DNA from: a virus
DNA length: 45,203 bases
Direction: 5' to 3' (one strand)
Virus record (IMG/VR): IMGVR_UViG_3300028612_001124
Under the pieces are notes generated by a model that saw only the letters and a list, made by a program, of their open reading frames with translations, was not told the origin of the DNA and did no database searches. Each line of letters opens with the position of its first letter. The first letter of the stretch is position 1. Below, one piece after another: positions 33,222-42,569 of this stretch. Position numbers and translations under genes: made by a program.

Positions 33222-34570
33222 CCGAAGTCCGCCGCCTCTAGAGCTTCACGAACCTGTCGTTCAAACGGATCTTCAGTTTTTTCCGGCGGCGGATCGGCTG
33301 AAACAGGCGTTTCAACCGGCGGTGTTTCGGTTGTTGTTTCAGTGTCGTCATTTTGGAAAACCGCCTCCACGACATGCCCATTAGGATCGCTCCCGGTGCC
33401 GGCTATGGCTGAAATTACAATCGTACCGCCATCTGTCACGGCAGTATAATTTGGCGACGAAGTATTATTATTCACATTGTCTTTAATAGCCGTCGCCGTG
33501 CCAGAGTTCGACACTGTATACCCAACAGGGCCAGACAAAATATTGATTCCATCGACCAGGAAACGCTGGAGCCGCCGGGTGATTCCCCCGCTCATATTGA
33601 CTTTATTTCCAAGTGTAATCGTGGTCGAAGTTCCATCGACGGCAAGCGCGTTCGCATCTGCGCCATCAACCTTTTCCGCTGTGATTGTGATTACTGCGCC
33701 TGCCGCCGCAGCGTTGTAATTTGGCGTGGAAGTATTTGCCGTGATTGTCGCCGCAACATTGGTAGCCGTAGTGGAAAGATCCGTATTGAACGCCTCGCTT
33801 CCACCGAGAATATCTATGCTGTTGACTGTAATCGTATCGACGCTGCCAGACGCCCCAGCGGTAAGGTCGATTGATCCGGTGGCAGCGGTAGGCTCCTCTC
33901 CGCCCGTGATCTGAATCTTCCCAACCGCCAAAACTTCAGGCTGCCCAGCGATTGCTGTCTGTGTCTTCAAGGCCGTCGCTGTCTGATCGTCAGTCGCATT
34001 GCCCGTGCCATTGTCTGCGTCAGATGTCACCGAGAAAGTTTCCCCGGCGGCCCCTTCAATCGTCACAACATTAGTGGTCGAAGTCCCCGTTACGTTGGGG
34101 TCGGCATTAACTAAGGTGGCCAGAGCGGTTGCAATGCCGTCATTGTCTGTATCGGTTGAACGGACAATCCCATCAAGCCAGTCCGTTACCAGCGCGCCGT
34201 CAAAAAACGCATACTCGGTTCCATCGGAGTATTTGGCGATGGCATAAATTTTTCCGCCGAATACCTCGGAATGAGTGATAGATGACATTGCCAAGGCGTC
34301 TGGATGCTGCAATCGTTGGTAGGTCAGGCCGGATGGCACGCCAGGGTCAGTGCCGCTGCCAAAGACATACAGGGCGGACGTTGTAGCTTGAAGGCCAAAT
34401 GTACCAGTCGGGATGGTATATTTGCTGACGAAGGAGAGCCGCTTTTCGATTTCACCGCCGCGATTTATGTGCGCGTTGATTAGAGTCGTCAAAGATCCTG
34501 GGGTTGCTGCTTCCGGCAGGCGACGAACATCAAGCCCGGCCTTGAAATCTGTTATCAAGATATATGGCAT
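33218..34570 (-). CDS. Tail nozzle (tubular protein B-like), N-terminal part with internal repeated domains
   Basis: The N-terminus ITDFKAGLDVRRLPEAATPGSLTTLINAHINRGGEIEKR parallels T7 gp12 IKNLKGGISQQP...GLQKRPP as I recall it. Two similar segments contain NTSTPNYNAAAAGAVITITA and NTSSPNYTAVTDGGTIVISA. Confidence 0.5.
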   Translation of the reverse strand: MPYILITDFKAGLDVRRLPEAATPGSLTTLINAHINRGGEIEKRLSFVSKYTIPTGTFGLQATTSALYVFGSGTDPGVPSGLTYQRLQHPDALAMSSITHSEVFGGKIYAIAKYSDGTEYAFFDGALVTDWLDGIVRSTDTDNDGIATALATLVNADPNVTGTSTTNVVTIEGAAGETFSVTSDADNGTGNATDDQTATALKTQTAIAGQPEVLAVGKIQITGGEEPTAATGSIDLTAGASGSVDTITVNSIDILGGSEAFNTDLSTTATNVAATITANTSTPNYNAAAAGAVITITAEKVDGADANALAVDGTSTTITLGNKVNMSGGITRRLQRFLVDGINILSGPVGYTVSNSGTATAIKDNVNNNTSSPNYTAVTDGGTIVISAIAGTGSDPNGHVVEAVFQNDDTETTTETPPVETPVSADPPPEKTEDPFERQVREALEAADFG

Positions 34571-35281
34571 TTAAGGCGTCCATCGGGCCTGAAGATTGTG
34601 GACTCCTGGTCGATACGACTGCAATTCTCGACCGTTCATTATCCGAATTTGGCGTGAGCCGAGCCGCCCCTTCAGGCGTTCGAACAGGGCCGCCGCTTGC
34701 TGGGAAACAATAGGTGCGCGCCTGTCTTTTTGCCCGGTAAGAATTTCGGCCTTGGCAAACAAAAGCAAAAGATCGCCATCTATGTCTGCCGTGTCTGCGT
34801 CATCCACGAAAACAGACAGATCGCGGATCCCCGTCAAGCGTATAGAATCTTCTTCGGTCGGCGTTATGCCATTGTTTTCCGGCAGCGGCCATATCTCGAA
34901 TTGACCGTCGATGTAGGGATCCCAATGCGTAACCGGAGAACTTCGTTCGTCCGCAACCGGGTCATATTGATTGTATTGCGCGGTCGAAATCCCTTGATAG
35001 ACCGTGCCCCATTTGCCGTTGAATTTGTATTCGACCGTCTCAACGCGCTCCAGAACAAGACCAGCCGGGACATCGTAATAACGCGACCCGGCCTGTGCGT
35101 TAACATTGTATGAGTTCCGCAAAAATGGCCAATCGTATTCATTCCAAAGAAACCGCTGGTGGCGTTGCAATGTTTCTTTGAGGAACGTCAAAACGCTCAC
35201 ACCCAGCGCCGCGCTGGTACTTTGATTGGTCGCCGCCCGAAGGTCAGCGATCAGCGCGCCAAGCTGCGTCCCTCGCGCCAT
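34571..35281 (-). CDS. Head-tail adaptor / tubular protein A-like (236 aa)
   Basis: Position before the nozzle genes. LQRHQRFLWNEYDWPFL resembles the gp11-type Q..GW.F pattern. Confidence 0.5.
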   Translation of the reverse strand: MARGTQLGALIADLRAATNQSTSAALGVSVLTFLKETLQRHQRFLWNEYDWPFLRNSYNVNAQAGSRYYDVPAGLVLERVETVEYKFNGKWGTVYQGISTAQYNQYDPVADERSSPVTHWDPYIDGQFEIWPLPENNGITPTEEDSIRLTGIRDLSVFVDDADTADIDGDLLLLFAKAEILTGQKDRRAPIVSQQAAALFERLKGRLGSRQIRIMNGRELQSYRPGVHNLQARWTP

Positions 35282-35283
35282 GG

Positions 35284-35697
35284 CTATGCCTCAAGTACCT
35301 GGGGCGCAGGGGGGGGCGTGAGATCTACGACATCCGGCTTGGCCTTCTTGGCCGCCTTGCTGCGCCGTGCGGGCAATGTAACGTCGCGGTGGAAATCCTC
35401 GTCGGCGATCTGAATGTCCTTCAGCTTTACTGGAAGCTGCGGCGCAATGCCGGGGAACATCTGGCCGACAATATCTTTCTTACCCTCGTCTTGAAAGCGT
35501 GGCGCGTAAATACTCCGCAACCGTTCAAGTTCATCTGCATGAGGGCGCTTGTCCGTATCGCCCGGTTGAACATTGAAAACCGAACCTTGTCCGTGGATGG
35601 CCCGCAGGACAAGAATTTCCGCCGGAGTAACGCCGATTTTCACCACCGTATTCCGCATGTCGCCCGATAGCCTTAGTTCGATTGTGGAAATTTCCAT
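35284..35697 (-). CDS. Hypothetical virion-module protein (137 aa)
   Basis: ORF track. Preceded by AACCACCATAAAGGA. Confidence 0.7.
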   Translation of the reverse strand: MEISTIELRLSGDMRNTVVKIGVTPAEILVLRAIHGQGSVFNVQPGDTDKRPHADELERLRSIYAPRFQDEGKKDIVGQMFPGIAPQLPVKLKDIQIADEDFHRDVTLPARRSKAAKKAKPDVVDLTPPPAPQVLEA

Positions 35698-35731
35698 GAC
35701 AAGATAATCCTTTATGGTGGTTGATGAGAAG

Positions 35732-35757
35732 TAGGGCGGGACCGAAGCCCCGCCCTA
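35732..35757 (-). terminator. Strong stem-loop after the capsid gene (attenuator or mRNA-stability element)
   Basis: TAGGGCGGG (35732..35740), 8-nt loop, CCCGCCCTA (35749..35757). No U-run follows. Confidence 0.4.
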
Positions 35758-35768
35758 GCAAGCTCCTG

Positions 35769-36815
35769 TTAGGCGATTTCGTAAACGCCCGATGAGTTGG
35801 CGCGACGGCAAACAAGACCGCCGGTCCAGGTCATCGCACGGTACATAACGTACTGATCGGACGGACGCGCCGGCGCGTGCTGCTTCATGTCCTCGCCATC
35901 CATCGCATAAAGAGAAATATGCTTGGTATCTATGACGTAACACCGCTTGGCATAACCGATGTCATCCAAGGTTGGATCATACTGGAAGATTTTGCCATGC
36001 CAGGAAATTTCCGCCATGGAGAAATCCGTGGCCTTGCGCGCCGAAAATCCGGTATCGGTCATGTTGCCCTTAGCAAACAATTCCTTTTCCAGAGCCTCAA
36101 GGAAATCAGCCCCCGCCAGAATCAACCATTGTGGCGAACCCTCATAACGGCGAAGCTGCCTAAATTCAGTGCGAAGTGCGTTGATTAAAGCGGATGAGGA
36201 TGTGCTGGACGTGACCTTGCTTGTGCCGACCAACTGACGATTCCGCCAGAAAGTGTTTGAAGACCGCGCTAACCCACCGAGCGTCCCGGTCGCGGGAGCA
36301 TCCACAATAATCGACTGTATGCCGGCAACTTCCTTGGAGTCCTGCGACCCGTCTTCCCAGCACATATTGTTGAAGCCCTGCGCCCAACCTTCGGCCATAT
36401 CTTCCAGCTTGTCATCGAGCAGCCCAGTGAGGCGGGTCAGTTCGGCGTCGGAATGTTCGGTCGTGTTTTCGGAGTTCAGGCTATCGACGACTGAGATTCC
36501 GTCGTGCTTGAGTTCAGTCAAGGTAAGTTGAATGCCGGCGTGGATTTCTTTCCACGGATAGACAACCCGCTTGATGTTGGCTGGATTCGCGTAAGTCACG
36601 GTATCGTCGTGCGTAAAGCCCGAAATATCCGTGGTGTACGCACCCTTGATGGGAACGGAAATATCCCCTTTGCCGCCGGGGAAGGTTCGCTGCCCGGCGC
36701 GCAAGCCGTCATAAAGCGGACGTGCCTGGATTAGCTGGGAAAGCGCCTTGCCTTTGATATAGAAATCGAGCGCGGCGTTTGCAATATTGTCGAGTTGTGC
36801 TGTCGTAAAAGCCAT
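35769..36815 (-). CDS. Major capsid protein
   Basis: 348 aa, directly after the scaffold gene, with SD AAAGGA and a following stem-loop. Called from position and size. Confidence 0.75.
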   Translation of the reverse strand: MAFTTAQLDNIANAALDFYIKGKALSQLIQARPLYDGLRAGQRTFPGGKGDISVPIKGAYTTDISGFTHDDTVTYANPANIKRVVYPWKEIHAGIQLTLTELKHDGISVVDSLNSENTTEHSDAELTRLTGLLDDKLEDMAEGWAQGFNNMCWEDGSQDSKEVAGIQSIIVDAPATGTLGGLARSSNTFWRNRQLVGTSKVTSSTSSSALINALRTEFRQLRRYEGSPQWLILAGADFLEALEKELFAKGNMTDTGFSARKATDFSMAEISWHGKIFQYDPTLDDIGYAKRCYVIDTKHISLYAMDGEDMKQHAPARPSDQYVMYRAMTWTGGLVCRRANSSGVYEIA

Positions 36816-36846
36816 AACGAATGTCCTTTCGCAATGTCCCCGTCAC

Positions 36847-37887
36847 TCATGCCGCTTCCCTGCCTGCCGCCAAACGAACGGCTTCAAGCAGGGTTGTTGG
36901 CTCTGGTGAAGGGACGCCATTTTGCGAACGCCCCGTATTGATCGTTTTCGGCTCTCGTTTTGGGAGACTGGCACGAAATTCTTCCGTAACTTCAACCAGC
37001 GCCCTTTGAGACATGCTCACCGCGTCGGCTGGCGTCTTTGGCTGGCCTTCCTCTACGGTGATCGCCCGAATACGATCTCTCACGAAACGTCGCTTCATTG
37101 CGAAGTCCGGGTCTTTTGACGATGCGGATTCCTCCCATCCCGTAACTGCCTCGACCACGGAAGCGATGTGGTCGCTTTGCGCCTGGGCGGCTTGCGCCGC
37201 CTGGGCGTCCTGGCTTTGCTGGTCTGTGCGTGCGGCGTCGAACTCATTACGGTTGCGCGACGCCGCCAATTCGGATGCAGTGTCCTTGTCGACCATCCCG
37301 ACATCGACTTTTTCCTGAAGGTCTGTCGGCAACGTGTCGCCAAGAAACTCTTTCAGTCGGTCGATGGTGGGTTGAATACGCTTGAGCGCCTCGGCGGGGT
37401 TGTTTTTTAGCAACGCGGCAACAGTGAACAACTCCGCCATCTCATCATGGTTGATTCGATTCTCATCCAGAAATGATGTGATGTTGTCGTACTGCTCCGC
37501 ACGAGGCTTTAACGCTTCGACTTCGGCCTGCTTTTCCTTCCAGCGAGGATGTTCATGGAAAGGAGGAAGCTCGTCATCGTCCGCCTTGGCATCTGCCTTG
37601 GCATCCGAATCTTCGCTCTTGGACGAGGAGGACGATTCCTCGCTTTCGCTTTCGTCTGGCCCGGCTTTGGCTTCAGGTTCATTGTCTTCCTGCGACTTCT
37701 CTACGACTACATCGCGTAGAACTTCAAGAAGTGAATCCTTGCTTTCTGCATCGGGCGCAGCGTTGGCGGCTGCATTAGCGTCCTGGGATTGCGATTTGGA
37801 CGAATCTTCGCTGGCTTCATTAGCGTCCGTGGTGGTTTGGTCCGCGTCAGTGGTGGACGAAACCGCTGTGACTGATTTCTCGGCCAT
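36847..37887 (-). CDS. Scaffolding protein
   Basis: 346 aa, strongly acidic and low-complexity (D/E/S/A/K runs). It lies between portal and capsid. Confidence 0.7.
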   Translation of the reverse strand: MAEKSVTAVSSTTDADQTTTDANEASEDSSKSQSQDANAAANAAPDAESKDSLLEVLRDVVVEKSQEDNEPEAKAGPDESESEESSSSSKSEDSDAKADAKADDDELPPFHEHPRWKEKQAEVEALKPRAEQYDNITSFLDENRINHDEMAELFTVAALLKNNPAEALKRIQPTIDRLKEFLGDTLPTDLQEKVDVGMVDKDTASELAASRNRNEFDAARTDQQSQDAQAAQAAQAQSDHIASVVEAVTGWEESASSKDPDFAMKRRFVRDRIRAITVEEGQPKTPADAVSMSQRALVEVTEEFRASLPKREPKTINTGRSQNGVPSPEPTTLLEAVRLAAGREAA

Positions 37888-37981
37888 TTAGCGTCCTTTC
37901 GATCTAGCGATAGGCGTCGCTTCACAGCGATGCCGTCTTGTCTGTTTGTCTATTAAAGTTTGTCTGTTTTGTCAAGCTCTC

Positions 37982-40111
37982 TCAACTCTGCGGACGGCGC
38001 TGAAGCGGACCACCCGCCTGATCGCCCGATCCAAACGCTGCTTCAGGCGCTGCTGTCTGCGGCCCGGAAGCTACAGGTGCATTATTTGCGCCCTGACCGC
38101 CCTGCGCTGCGGGATCCGAGGCCGCGTCCCCCGTGCCGGGCTGCTGATTCGCGTTCTGCGATACAATGCTTGGCAGGCCGGACGTAAACGCATCGGTCAA
38201 ATCAAGATTGTCATCGAGCCGGTTCAGAACCGTTTCAGCCAGCCAACGCGGAGTAATGCCCGGCATCTGTAGCAAGAATGGCAAGACTGTCTGAAGATTG
38301 TTCAGATCCATCGCCTTGTTTGGCCTGCCGGTTGAGCCGGCTTCGATTTCGAGGAAAATTTCCGATGCGATTTCAGACCTTGAAAGTTCCGGCCAGACAG
38401 CGCCGGGACCAATCAGACGCTTGACCGTTACTGCATCCATTTCCATGAGCAAGATTTGGCCGGCGTCGCGCGCCAGAGCGGTAAAGAAATCATCCACGTC
38501 ATCAATGCTTGACGATGCCGCAGACGTGCGTGAACCCTCGGCAATGCTTGTCTCCGTTGCCGTGCCGCCAGAGATTGAACCGAAATTTGCTTCCTGACTG
38601 CCAGAGACAAGCTGCATATCCTCGAAAATATGATTCGTCGAATACAAATTCTGGTCAATTGGAATTGTCGGGATGGCCTGGATAAAGTCGCTGATCTTTT
38701 GCCCCGTCAGCATCGACTGAAATTTGATAATCGCAAAGGCAGGATGGGTTTCGAGTTTTTCCAAATCTTCATCCTCAAGCTGCCCCGCAACGCCAAACTT
38801 AGGCCGGCTGGCCCGGCGGTGTTCGCGTAGCGCCTGCCTGGAACGATTGTGTTCTTCTTGCATATCCCGAATCAACGAAACATCAGATGGCGGAATCAGT
38901 TCATTTTCATGCTCAACCTCATTAAAGGTCAGCGCATAAATTGGGAAAAATCGTTCAACCTTGACAGATGGCGCTTTAGGCTCCTCCAGAAAATCTGGAT
39001 ACCCTTCCGCCAGCGTATACATCGTGCCGGTTGGTTTATCGTAATACTCGATCACACGGACAGTCCGCTTATCTTTAACCTTGGAATCTCGGTGCGAATT
39101 GCCGCTCTTGGTTTGAGTGTTGTTCTGGTTGTAGTGGGTGAATCTTTGACCAACATCCACCTGATAAAATTTCTTCACCTTTTCAGGCGACATGAACATT
39201 TCAACCGCAATCCAATTCGCCCCGATAAATCCGGTCATCAGGGTACAATCAGGGTCAATAATAACGCTGGTAGACTTGATAAAATCAAAAACAAGTCCCT
39301 CCCTAACGACAACTTCTTCTTCTTCTTGAAGGCGCGCCAAGGCGATTCGCAACTCCTCGGCCTCCTTGTCGTCTGGCGACGTTATGCCGTCCTGCATGTC
39401 TGCGGCAATTTGCTCGATTGTCGCAAGCTGCGCTGAAATGTCTGCAATTTGAGAGGTAGTCTCTGGGGTTTTCTCCATCGCCCGGTGATAGCCGAGCTTC
39501 ACATAGCCGACACCATTGATGACCGTGCGCCGAATAAGCTGTTTCATCTGAAGTTTGAAGCCCGGTGTCTGTTCAGACAGTTGGTACGCAAACAGCAGTT
39601 CCAGCGTCCGCGCTACTCCGGCCAGCATGTCTTTCCGCGCACGGCCAGTATTGAAATCCTCAAGAATTGCCGCCGCCTGCTGGATTGCCGGATCCTCTGC
39701 CATCCCAGCGATAGCATTGCCGCCGGACTGCTGCATGGCCTGCGTCAGCGTGTCCTGGGCCATAGAAATTGTGTCTGGATTCTCGTCCCAAACTTGGAAA
39801 ATCATTCGCTCGCGCGGGCGGGCAATGGCTTTAGGGTTTTTCGCATATAGTGTTGCAACGCGATTCTGAACGTGACGGTGCGTGATGTTTGCAACGTAAC
39901 TGTCCTTCGGCCAGTTGGCTTTTTCATACCCATACCGAGTCAAATCCTGGTCGGCCCGCATCTGCTTAAACTGCTTGGCAAACCTTGATTTTTTAGTGCT
40001 ATCAACCCGTGAGAAGATGTCCTTGACCAAGGCTTCGCGCGCTGTCGAAATGTCGGGGTCAACCTCCCGGCGCACCCCTGAATCCTGCACTTCTTCAGAC
40101 TCATGTTCCAT
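37982..40111 (-). CDS. Portal protein
   Basis: 709 aa. The start overlaps the terL stop (TAATG). Called from size and position. Confidence 0.7.
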   Translation of the reverse strand: MEHESEEVQDSGVRREVDPDISTAREALVKDIFSRVDSTKKSRFAKQFKQMRADQDLTRYGYEKANWPKDSYVANITHRHVQNRVATLYAKNPKAIARPRERMIFQVWDENPDTISMAQDTLTQAMQQSGGNAIAGMAEDPAIQQAAAILEDFNTGRARKDMLAGVARTLELLFAYQLSEQTPGFKLQMKQLIRRTVINGVGYVKLGYHRAMEKTPETTSQIADISAQLATIEQIAADMQDGITSPDDKEAEELRIALARLQEEEEVVVREGLVFDFIKSTSVIIDPDCTLMTGFIGANWIAVEMFMSPEKVKKFYQVDVGQRFTHYNQNNTQTKSGNSHRDSKVKDKRTVRVIEYYDKPTGTMYTLAEGYPDFLEEPKAPSVKVERFFPIYALTFNEVEHENELIPPSDVSLIRDMQEEHNRSRQALREHRRASRPKFGVAGQLEDEDLEKLETHPAFAIIKFQSMLTGQKISDFIQAIPTIPIDQNLYSTNHIFEDMQLVSGSQEANFGSISGGTATETSIAEGSRTSAASSSIDDVDDFFTALARDAGQILLMEMDAVTVKRLIGPGAVWPELSRSEIASEIFLEIEAGSTGRPNKAMDLNNLQTVLPFLLQMPGITPRWLAETVLNRLDDNLDLTDAFTSGLPSIVSQNANQQPGTGDAASDPAAQGGQGANNAPVASGPQTAAPEAAFGSGDQAGGPLQRRPQS

Positions 40112-41694
40112 TAGAATCCTCCTGCCGCCTTTGCGTGCCCTGCTATCTTTTTGCGCTGCTCGCTGTCAAACTTCACCCACGCGAATGTGCCCACCGGCGG
40201 GATTTCCTGCGTGCGTGGCATCCTGAAGCCAGGGGCAGCTATTCTGTCCAGACCAAGACCGATCCAAGACAACACATCGACGAAATCATCGAACGTACCA
40301 TATGGAAATTTCATCAATTCGTGGATCGCATTTCCAAGCCAGGGCGCGCCTCTGGGAAACCGCACCTTTTTCATCGACATGCGAGCGCGAATCGACTGCG
40401 CGCGGGTCATCTTGTCCTTTACAGGGGTCACTTCTTCGATAGTTGCGTAAACTCTTTCTTCACGCATCCGCTTTCGCAAAAACGGACCAATCGACTTGGA
40501 TATATGGCCCTTTTCCGCCCACCAGATTATCGGCTTGCGGCGGCGAATAATGTTGATTATTGCCTCGACCGCCACGTCTGCCGGCGCGCGCTCCCACCAG
40601 ACATCGAGAATCCAAATATCGTCATTCGCGTCAACACCGACGATCATAAATACCGAGGCATCGTTGGTTTGCTTGGTTCCGACCGCGTGATCGCTGGCGG
40701 CGTAAAGACGCAGATCAGACATGGCCGGCCTTTGATTCGGCGTATACAACGCCACCATGTCTCTGGTGAAAAAATCGCCGTCTTCCGGTGTCGGATTTTG
40801 CTGATAGAGCGCCGAAAAACCGCGTGGGTTTAGACCGCGCTGCGCCAACCCAAAAGCGGCGGGGAATCTCTCCGGCCACAAAACACTTGCGTCTGTCTCT
40901 CCAACCGGACGACCAAGGGGGTCATCCTTGCTGTCTGCGAAAAATGGCAAATTGATGATCTTCCATTTGCGCGCCTCAGCTTCGCTGTAGTGAGGATTTT
41001 CAGGATCCGTCAGACGCCCAACAATGTCATCCTCATGCCACCGGGTCAGAACGATAATAACCGATGCGCCAACCGTCATAAGCCGCGTCATGGCAACGCG
41101 GGTGAACCACTGCCACGCACTCTCGCGGACAGTCGGACTGTCTGCTTCAGCCGCGTCTTTTATTAAATCATCAAGCAATAGAAGGTCTGCTCCGCGACCT
41201 GTTGCCGCCCCGCCCCGCCCCACAAAAACCGCAAGACCGCCTTCTGTGGTCTGAAGCGCGGTCGCACTTGCCGCGCCTTTGCGAAAGGCAATGCCGGGGA
41301 AAATCTGCTTATAGACCGGCATCTGCATAATGCTTCGAACGTCGCGGCCGAAGTCGCGCGCGAAGTCCTCGCTATAGGTACCGAAGATCAGGGAGCGATA
41401 CGGATTGCGGCCTAAATACCAAGCCAGGAACCGCTTGGAGCAAAGCTCCGACTTGCCATGCCGGGGCGGCATTGTAACTATCAGGCGTGGGATGATGCCC
41501 TTATCGACCCCTTCCAAGGCCGCCGCTAGGACACGGTGATGCCGGACAGGCACATATCGGCTGCGGGACACGTCCTCGACATCATCGGGATGCGGCATCG
41601 TAATGTGCGTGAACGCAAGAAGATCCTCCCGGCTCTCCTGAACCTTCAGAAGATACGTCGCAGCCCGCCGAAGTTTTTCATTTGATGTCGCCAT
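40111..41694 (-). CDS. terL: Terminase large subunit
   Basis: PPRHGKSE (Walker A-like), LLLLDDLIKD (Walker B), TRWHEDD, and C-terminal nuclease-like ASDHA... and DDFVDVL. Confidence 0.92.
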   Translation of the reverse strand: MATSNEKLRRAATYLLKVQESREDLLAFTHITMPHPDDVEDVSRSRYVPVRHHRVLAAALEGVDKGIIPRLIVTMPPRHGKSELCSKRFLAWYLGRNPYRSLIFGTYSEDFARDFGRDVRSIMQMPVYKQIFPGIAFRKGAASATALQTTEGGLAVFVGRGGAATGRGADLLLLDDLIKDAAEADSPTVRESAWQWFTRVAMTRLMTVGASVIIVLTRWHEDDIVGRLTDPENPHYSEAEARKWKIINLPFFADSKDDPLGRPVGETDASVLWPERFPAAFGLAQRGLNPRGFSALYQQNPTPEDGDFFTRDMVALYTPNQRPAMSDLRLYAASDHAVGTKQTNDASVFMIVGVDANDDIWILDVWWERAPADVAVEAIINIIRRRKPIIWWAEKGHISKSIGPFLRKRMREERVYATIEEVTPVKDKMTRAQSIRARMSMKKVRFPRGAPWLGNAIHELMKFPYGTFDDFVDVLSWIGLGLDRIAAPGFRMPRTQEIPPVGTFAWVKFDSEQRKKIAGHAKAAGGF

Positions 41695-41698
41695 GAGC

Positions 41699-41905
41699 CT
41701 AGAAGAATTTGTCTATCAAAAGAAACCCCAGAATGCTACCCATACCGGCAATCAGGCCGACAATGTTAAGCGCCATGAATCGCGTTACTGTGGCCCACCG
41801 GACCGTGCAAATTTTCTCATGCGACTCGATCAAAGTTAGCGCTCTGGTCCCGGCCTCAAGGGCATCAAGTGCGATCTTGCTGACGTTTACTGGATCGACA
41901 CCCAT
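41699..41905 (-). CDS. Small tail-anchored membrane protein (68 aa)
   Basis: ATG 41905. C-terminal TM FMALNIVGLIAGMGSILGFLLI. Confidence 0.55.
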   Translation of the reverse strand: MGVDPVNVSKIALDALEAGTRALTLIESHEKICTVRWATVTRFMALNIVGLIAGMGSILGFLLIDKFF

Positions 41906-41915
41906 TGCGATGCTC

Positions 41916-42245
41916 TTAGGGTTCAGTGATTTCTTCGACGGCTTCTGCCGCCTCGATGTCGTCAATGAAGTCCAAAACCACCCTGTCTGCTATGCGAAAA
42001 CGCAGGCCCGTTTCCATGCGCGCGCAAACAAGTTTCCACTCGTCGTCTGAAAGGACAACGGAATCTCCAGAGCGAGCAATTGCGTCGATCACCGGGACAA
42101 GCTGTTTAATGTCCGCCACAGACAGGCCTGCGTGATCCAGCGGCGACCGCAGGAAACCCAGAATCGTATCGCGGTAGCAGAACTGTATATCCTCACCGTC
42201 GTCTGTGGTTATGGTCGCGGTCTTCATTTCGATCTTACGAAACAT
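41916..42245 (-). CDS. Hypothetical protein (109 aa)
   Basis: ORF track. Preceded by AACCACCACAAAGGA. Confidence 0.7.
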   Translation of the reverse strand: MFRKIEMKTATITTDDGEDIQFCYRDTILGFLRSPLDHAGLSVADIKQLVPVIDAIARSGDSVVLSDDEWKLVCARMETGLRFRIADRVVLDFIDDIEAAEAVEEITEP

Positions 42246-42278
42246 TGAGTTTTCCTTTGTGGTGGTTAAATGGCTGTT

Positions 42279-42554
42279 CTAGCCAACATATGTCTTGCCG
42301 GCGGTAACTGCGTCAGTATAGGGCGTCTTGCTTTTGCTGGAATCGGAATACCAGACTTTAGCTGCTTGGATCTCAAGATGGTCTGTGTTGCGCGTGACCA
42401 TCAATTTAACGCCGTCAGCGCCGTCTGGATCATCAGCAACAAAATCAGCGTCGTCTGCCATTATGGCTGTGATTAGGGCCACGCTATCGTCCATCGCGGA
42501 GAAGTGCGAAGCGATTTCTTCTTCGGTTGGGATGTCGTCCATTGTATCGTCCAT
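42279..42554 (-). CDS. Acidic hypothetical protein (91 aa)
   Basis: ORF track. SD AAGGA lies upstream. Confidence 0.65.
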   Translation of the reverse strand: MDDTMDDIPTEEEIASHFSAMDDSVALITAIMADDADFVADDPDGADGVKLMVTRNTDHLEIQAAKVWYSDSSKSKTPYTDAVTAGKTYVG

Positions 42555-42569
42555 TGTATGAGTCCTTGG

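Noticed and set aside
37938-37975. Sigma70 promoter for the scaffold/capsid genes (minus-strand TTGACA at 37975..37970)
   Set aside because: No acceptable -10 hexamer lies at 16-18 nt. The best is TAGACA (3 of 6 matches), so it was left as a motif observation only.
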